A stretch of DNA of 64,000 bases from a virus. Made by a program: the position numbers and the translations under genes. The notes beneath the pieces are model-generated. The model did no database searches. It was not told the DNA's origin and saw only the letters and a program-made list of their open reading frames with translations. The stretch's first letter is position 1. Every line of letters starts with the position of its first letter. Positions 59,150 through 64,000 of the stretch are shown here, piece after piece. The DNA lies in IMG/VR virus record IMGVR_UViG_3300042892_000474, positions 32,001-96,000 of that record; one strand, written 5' to 3'.

Positions 59150-61414
59150 TTGGATTTTACCTTAAGATCATTGGCTGTTGACGAATTAAAGCCTAAGGAG
59201 CGTCCCACCGAGGATATAGCTGATGCGCGCCATCGTAGTATGATGGAAGCAATTGCTCCTTATGCCAAAGCAACAGTTCAAAAGAACTTAACCCCTGTAT
59301 ATGTTGACTACAAGACAAGAAACACTAAGTTAGTTCTTGTACTGTGCCCCGAATGGAGCCCTTATATGCCTCCGTTTAGTCTTGCACGATTAAGCGGTGT
59401 TGCCAAGAGTTCGGGCTATGAAACACACATTATTGATTTGAATGTTAAAGCGTATAACGCATTCAAGAAAGACTGGTGGCCTAAACAGCGTATTCCATTT
59501 AGACTATGGGATCCGTCTAGTTCATGGCATTGGCTGGGCGATACTTACATGAATGATATTCATCCATTGTTGGGCCCTGAGATACTAGAACCAGCAGTAG
59601 ATAAGATCATTGAAATGAACCCGGATGTAGTTGGCTTCAGTGTTTATTACATTAGCGAAGAACCTACGAAGTGGATGTGTCGTGAAATCAAGCGTAGAGC
59701 ACCTCACATTAAGATTGCAGTCGGTGGACCTAACGTACACAAGAGTTGGTTTGCAACACATCCGTACTATGACTATGTTGTGGTAGGTGAAGGTGAGCAG
59801 AATCTATTAGTAATGCTTGACGAAATAGAAGACAAGATAGAAGTAGAGTATCCTCGCTATCTTACACAGCCCGAAGATCAACGTATCAACATCAACGGCT
59901 TGCCTATGCCCGACTATGAGAGCATTGACTTTTCACAGTACGAATTACCTAACGGCGTTAATAGTGAAATCAGTAGAGGTTGCACTGCTAAATGTACATT
60001 CTGTGAAGAAACACACTTTTGGAAGTATCGTCAGCGTCAAAGTGTTGACTTGATTACAGAAGTTGAATGGCTGTACTACAACAAAGGCACAGATATTATC
60101 TGGTTCATCGATTCGTTAATCAATGGTAACCCTAAAGAACTACGAGCCTTTGCCCTTGCTCTTAAAGAGAAAGACTTGAAAGTCAAGTGGACAGGATACG
60201 CACGTTGCGATGGTCGTATGGACTTAGAGTACTTGCAAGACTTAGCAGCCGGCGGCGCTATCATGTTTAACTTTGGTGTTGAATCCGGAAGTCAGAAAGT
60301 ACTTGATGATATGGCTAAAGGTGTTACTATCGCTGAGATGGAACAGAACTTTATCGACTGTAAAAAGACAGGCATCTGGGCAGCTACTAACTGGATCGTA
60401 GGCTTCCCGACAGAAGACTATCAAGACTATTCAGACACTATGACATTCTTCTGGCGTATGCGTAACAACAACATTAACAATGCAGGTTTAGGTGTTGGCT
60501 ATGGCATGGGTCCTGAGACTATTGTAGGGCAGCACCCTCACAAGTTTAATATCAGTTGGCACAAGTATCAAGGTCACTGGATACGCAATGACTTTACGTT
60601 CGGTGGCACACACTTGATGATTCGTGTCAAAACATGGCACATGTTTGCTGACTTCTTTCGCGGAGTAACCGATGTACCTATCAGCTATCCGGTGCGTCAT
60701 GCATTAGAGAAAGAACACTACAAAATCAAACTCAATCATACTGATATGGCTAGAGAGATTGAGTATGAGAAGTTTGATTACAACATTATTAAGCCAAACA
60801 TTAATCCTTTTGCTGATGCATTAGTAAATGAAATGTGGCCCTTCTTGCGCATGTTATGGAAATGTCGTGGTGGATACGAAGCAGAGATACGATACAATCC
60901 TGAGATTGACTTAAAAGAATTTGGTCAACAATTTGGCCCCGGGATGTTTAATGCCGTGTACAAGTTTAAGATTAGTGACAGCGGTAAGTGGGAAGCAGAC
61001 TTTGATATGAAGTTTGAGCAGATTGATAATCCGTTTGATGACCGTGAGCGTCCGCCCCTAGGTCGTAAAGGTCCGTTCTATGCACAAGATTATTCACGTA
61101 TGATGAGCAACACTGCACTACGAGCCCGTAAACTTGCAAAGCCTACATGGAGTGACGCTGAAGGTCGTGATGGTCAAGACTTTAGTGATTTGTTAGATGA
61201 AGAAACAGAACTTAACAAGAACGTTGACTTTACGTTTGACTATCATTACATTGGCTACGGTAACTGGGGCAATTACAAAGACTTTGAAGTTGCTGTATCT
61301 AATACTTCACGTGAAGTTATTCCGGAAAAAGAAGCAATGTTTGCTTTAGATTTTGCAAAGCAACCACAAACCATTAGTATAGATTCAATCAAACGTAAGA
61401 AAGATATAGAATGA
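59150..61414 (+). CDS. cobalamin-dependent radical SAM enzyme
   Basis: PDVVGFS...VGGP...GEGE, SRGCTAKCTFC, FGVESGSQKVL, IVGFPTE. Confidence 0.9.
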   Translation: MDFTLRSLAVDELKPKERPTEDIADARHRSMMEAIAPYAKATVQKNLTPVYVDYKTRNTKLVLVLCPEWSPYMPPFSLARLSGVAKSSGYETHIIDLNVKAYNAFKKDWWPKQRIPFRLWDPSSSWHWLGDTYMNDIHPLLGPEILEPAVDKIIEMNPDVVGFSVYYISEEPTKWMCREIKRRAPHIKIAVGGPNVHKSWFATHPYYDYVVVGEGEQNLLVMLDEIEDKIEVEYPRYLTQPEDQRININGLPMPDYESIDFSQYELPNGVNSEISRGCTAKCTFCEETHFWKYRQRQSVDLITEVEWLYYNKGTDIIWFIDSLINGNPKELRAFALALKEKDLKVKWTGYARCDGRMDLEYLQDLAAGGAIMFNFGVESGSQKVLDDMAKGVTIAEMEQNFIDCKKTGIWAATNWIVGFPTEDYQDYSDTMTFFWRMRNNNINNAGLGVGYGMGPETIVGQHPHKFNISWHKYQGHWIRNDFTFGGTHLMIRVKTWHMFADFFRGVTDVPISYPVRHALEKEHYKIKLNHTDMAREIEYEKFDYNIIKPNINPFADALVNEMWPFLRMLWKCRGGYEAEIRYNPEIDLKEFGQQFGPGMFNAVYKFKISDSGKWEADFDMKFEQIDNPFDDRERPPLGRKGPFYAQDYSRMMSNTALRARKLAKPTWSDAEGRDGQDFSDLLDEETELNKNVDFTFDYHYIGYGNWGNYKDFEVAVSNTSREVIPEKEAMFALDFAKQPQTISIDSIKRKKDIE

Positions 61415-62001
61415 AAGAAGTTCAGCAATTTGAAAGATTGATTGCTGACTACTACAACGCACCGTATGCAGTTGCAGTAGATTGTTGTACACACGGTATA
61501 GAGTTAGCATTACGCTATACTAAGTTTGATAACGTAACATGTCCGACTAATACATATCTAAGCGTTCCTATGACGTTTGAGAAGTTGAACTTAGATTGGC
61601 AGTTCAATCAACAATACTGGAAAGATTATTACTATGTAGGCAACACTAACATCATCGATGCCGCTGTCTATTGGAAGAAGAATGGATACATACCTAATAC
61701 GTTTATGTGTCTAAGCTTTCAGTACCGAAAGCATTTGAATGTTGGACGTGGCGGCATGATCTTAGTAGAACATGACTATGAATATGTTGCACTAAAGAAA
61801 ATGAGTTATGATGGTCGTGTGCCTGATACTCTCTGGGCTGAACAAGATATAGATATGTTGGGATACCATTACTATATGACCCCGGAGACAGCAGTATTAG
61901 GTATGAATAGATTCGAACAGATTAAAGACACTGACCCAAAACAATGGTCACACACAGATTATCCTGATATATCAAAAATGAAGGTATTTAATGTTAAGTA
62001 A
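61411..62001 (+). CDS. shortened DegT/DnrJ/EryC1/StrS-family PLP aminotransferase
   Basis: V..FE..IA.Y...AVAV..CT.G..LAL, DAA, SFQYRKHL..G.GG (PLP lysine), GY.Y.M...A.LG; only 196 aa. Confidence 0.75.
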   Translation: MKEVQQFERLIADYYNAPYAVAVDCCTHGIELALRYTKFDNVTCPTNTYLSVPMTFEKLNLDWQFNQQYWKDYYYVGNTNIIDAAVYWKKNGYIPNTFMCLSFQYRKHLNVGRGGMILVEHDYEYVALKKMSYDGRVPDTLWAEQDIDMLGYHYYMTPETAVLGMNRFEQIKDTDPKQWSHTDYPDISKMKVFNVK

Positions 62002-62977
62002 GAACGAATGGGATCCTTTGCTATCAGTTATAGTAGGAGTAGCCGACGATGCTAGAGTTCCTATTGTAGATCCTAGTTTACGAATGGTAAACTATGCTGA
62101 TGTAAAGAAAATATATAATATTCCAAACGCGGGCCTATACCCAGAACAAGTTATCAATGAGGCTAATGAAGATTTAGATTTATTCAGCAAATTCTTAGAG
62201 TCATGTAATGTTAGAGTACACAGACCAGATAGGTCTGTAGTGCCTAGCTATTATAACTATTGCCCACGTGATAGTGTATTGATACACGATGATAAAGTTA
62301 TAGCAACGCCCATGCCTTTGCGTAGTAGACAAGACGAGTATAAAGCACTATTGCCAGTGTTACAAAACTATAGCGATGTACTAGTACCTAGGTTTCCTAG
62401 AGATAGTAGCTTATACAATAGCGAGTGTTTAGGTAACCCGGACATTCTAGCATTGACTGAAACCGAACCAGCATTTGATGCGGCAAACATACTTAGAAGC
62501 AACGATGATTTGTTTTATCTTGTAAGTAATAGCGGAAACAAAAGCGGTGCTGAACTATTACAGCTTGCACACCCAGATAAGAAAGTACATACTATCGAAG
62601 GCGTGTACAGTTATATGCACCTTGACAGCACGATTGCATTACTACGTGAGGGATTGATGTTATTGAATCCTGCACGTATCAAGTCAGTAGAACAACTACC
62701 TAAGCCACTACAATCGTGGGATGTTATTTGGGCACCCGAACCAGTAGATATAGGTCATTACCCTGGCTACTGTAATGCAAGTACCTGGGTTAGTGTGAAC
62801 TTATTCAGCGTTAATCCTAACCTTGCTGTAGTAGAAGCACACCAAGAACCGTTACGAATAGAATTAGAAAAGCATAAGATTGATGTACAGATGATGCCTA
62901 TGCGTCACGCACGTACATTGGGAGGCTGCTTCCATTGTGTAACTTTAGACATAGAAAGGAATCACAATGGCAAATAA
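61991..62977 (+). CDS. amidinotransferase (glycine / inosamine-phosphate amidinotransferase family)
   Basis: NEWDPL..VIVG, CPRD, FDAAN, HLD, GGCFHC.TLD (Cys-His-Asp catalytic set). Confidence 0.9.
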   Translation: MLSKNEWDPLLSVIVGVADDARVPIVDPSLRMVNYADVKKIYNIPNAGLYPEQVINEANEDLDLFSKFLESCNVRVHRPDRSVVPSYYNYCPRDSVLIHDDKVIATPMPLRSRQDEYKALLPVLQNYSDVLVPRFPRDSSLYNSECLGNPDILALTETEPAFDAANILRSNDDLFYLVSNSGNKSGAELLQLAHPDKKVHTIEGVYSYMHLDSTIALLREGLMLLNPARIKSVEQLPKPLQSWDVIWAPEPVDIGHYPGYCNASTWVSVNLFSVNPNLAVVEAHQEPLRIELEKHKIDVQMMPMRHARTLGGCFHCVTLDIERNHNGK

Positions 62978-64000
62978 ATGGACAAGAGGACACATAAGTA
63001 GATTCTGGAATACAGATGATGTAAAGAAGTTTGATTATGTTAGACAACCTTTAATGGATTCTGAACTTGAAGAATGGAAAGCTAAAGGCTATGACTATGT
63101 AAAAAGTTTTTCAGGGTCTATGTATGATAGTCGTAATCCTATGCCTGAATGGGTTAATAGGTTTGGCAACATATTCGACTTTAAAAACATGACGTATAAT
63201 TTCTACAAAATGCAACAATTAGAAATTATGCCAACGCACGTAGACCATTTTCAAACCTATATGAGATTGTTCAATGTAGAGTATGAAAATGCAGTTAGAA
63301 TTTTAGTAATGTTAGATGATTGGAAGCCTGGCCATTACTTAGAAGTAGATGGAGTAGGTATAGTTAATTGGGTAGCCGGCGATTATTTTATGTGGGACAG
63401 TGACGTTCCGCATGCAGCCAGTAATATAGGGATTGAAGATAGATACACCCTACAAATTACAGGCACTAGAATTAATTCAGAAGATGTATATAAGCATGTG
63501 CATTGGTATAATGTTCCTGGGTTAGTAACAAAGAAAGAATCATTGTTCAGTCCTGAAATGACTGAAATGAAAAAGCGCATGAATAAAAATTCTCCGTACT
63601 ACATTTATATGTACAACAGAGAGTTACCAGATTTAGAAACTATCAATCACAGCGCAGAAGATACAGCCTATTTAAATGATAATGGATTAGAAATCTATCT
63701 GTATGAGCCGTTGTGTTCGTATCGCAAGAATGACCAACAAATGTATCCTCCGCATGGATCTAAGCATTCATTAATTTTCTATTCTGAGTTCCACTATGAT
63801 CATGTGCAGAAAACAGATGACATGCGGGCAGTAGAATTAGACAGTATTGTAGAATACATTGACAGAAACAAATTAACAAATGTCACAGTGAAAACCTGTG
63901 ACTATAACATAGAAAAGTTTTACACTCATTACCTATCCAAAATGAAATTGGAAGCTGATGATTTGTTTGTAAAGTATTTTGACACTAATGAATTTGAGAA
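62967..64000 (+). CDS. 2OG-Fe(II) oxygenase-like cupin fused to a further domain; runs off the right edge and is missing from the ORF track
   Basis: Hand translation from ATG 62967 is open to the end (MANKWTRGH...); PTHVDH...VPHAASNIG...RYTLQITG gives HxD...H...R; AGGA RBS; overlaps the amidinotransferase stop. Confidence 0.75.
   Translation, partial: MANKWTRGHISRFWNTDDVKKFDYVRQPLMDSELEEWKAKGYDYVKSFSGSMYDSRNPMPEWVNRFGNIFDFKNMTYNFYKMQQLEIMPTHVDHFQTYMRLFNVEYENAVRILVMLDDWKPGHYLEVDGVGIVNWVAGDYFMWDSDVPHAASNIGIEDRYTLQITGTRINSEDVYKHVHWYNVPGLVTKKESLFSPEMTEMKKRMNKNSPYYIYMYNRELPDLETINHSAEDTAYLNDNGLEIYLYEPLCSYRKNDQQMYPPHGSKHSLIFYSEFHYDHVQKTDDMRAVELDSIVEYIDRNKLTNVTVKTCDYNIEKFYTHYLSKMKLEADDLFVKYFDTNEFE

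Noticed and set aside
61411-62001. DegT gene as a pseudogene
   Set aside because: No frameshift remnant or leftover sequence; it overlaps both neighbours tightly and keeps the catalytic motifs.
51-62977. Stop-codon reassignment (none of the 35 complete genes called ends in TAG)
   Set aside because: No in-frame TAG or TGA interrupts any gene, including the 19.5-kb ORF; TAG scarcity is ordinary in AT-rich phages.
223-63580. Numerous 60-190 aa antisense or out-of-frame ORFs in the track (e.g. 1252-1668, 4096-4431, 9180-9755, 9987-10442, 26676-27086, 28818-29249, 55873-56226)
   Set aside because: They lie within or across well-supported genes, show no recognisable motifs, and look like shadows of biased codon usage.
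37732-64000. Reading the cluster as DNA hypermodification
   Set aside because: No thymidylate-synthase or hydroxymethylase homologue, TET/JBP, nucleotide kinase or deazaguanine genes are in the window, and the cluster is linked to fibre genes. Not excluded, only less supported.
1-64000. tRNA, rRNA, CRISPR arrays, introns, inteins, homing endonucleases, DGR or invertase cassettes
   Set aside because: Intergenic gaps are at most ~125 nt and are explained by promoters; no such motifs or near-identical DNA repeats were seen by eye. A covariance-model scan would be needed to exclude them formally.

Overview
This window is a 64-kb segment of a large, AT-rich (about 35-38% GC by spot counts) T4-related myophage, read with the standard genetic code. 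Bases 1-4.1 kb (minus strand) carry the gp55-like late sigma factor, then gp47 and gp46 (Mre11/Rad50-like nuclease). Bases 4.2-37.7 kb (plus strand) are a contractile-tail baseplate/fibre module: gp48-like, gp53, hub, a gp5 spike with an ~800-aa C-terminal extension, gp25, gp6, a 6493-aa repeat-built wedge/fibre protein, and fibre proteins. From 37.7 kb to the end is a tightly coupled 22-gene, >26-kb enzyme cluster. It encodes 3 GT-A-like glycosyltransferases, 6 copies of a GT10-like 'ET...TEK' domain, 4 SPASM/twitch radical SAM enzymes, 2 cobalamin-dependent radical SAM enzymes, a GDP-mannose 3,5-epimerase-like enzyme, an NDP-sugar dehydrogenase fused to a GT-like and a methyltransferase domain, 2 SGNH proteins, a miniature DegT aminotransferase, an amidinotransferase and a 2OG-Fe(II) oxygenase fusion. 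The best candidate for an undescribed system is this cluster, read as a phage-encoded pathway that builds and heavily tailors a glycan, plausibly on the Ser/Thr-rich tail proteins encoded just upstream. Regulatory features visible in the DNA are a (G/C)ATAA(A/G)TA late-promoter motif (often leaderless), back-to-back late boxes at the divergence point, and three sigma70-type promoters. No tRNA, rRNA, CRISPR array, integrase or transposase was seen. All product calls come from motif recognition only; no database searches were run.
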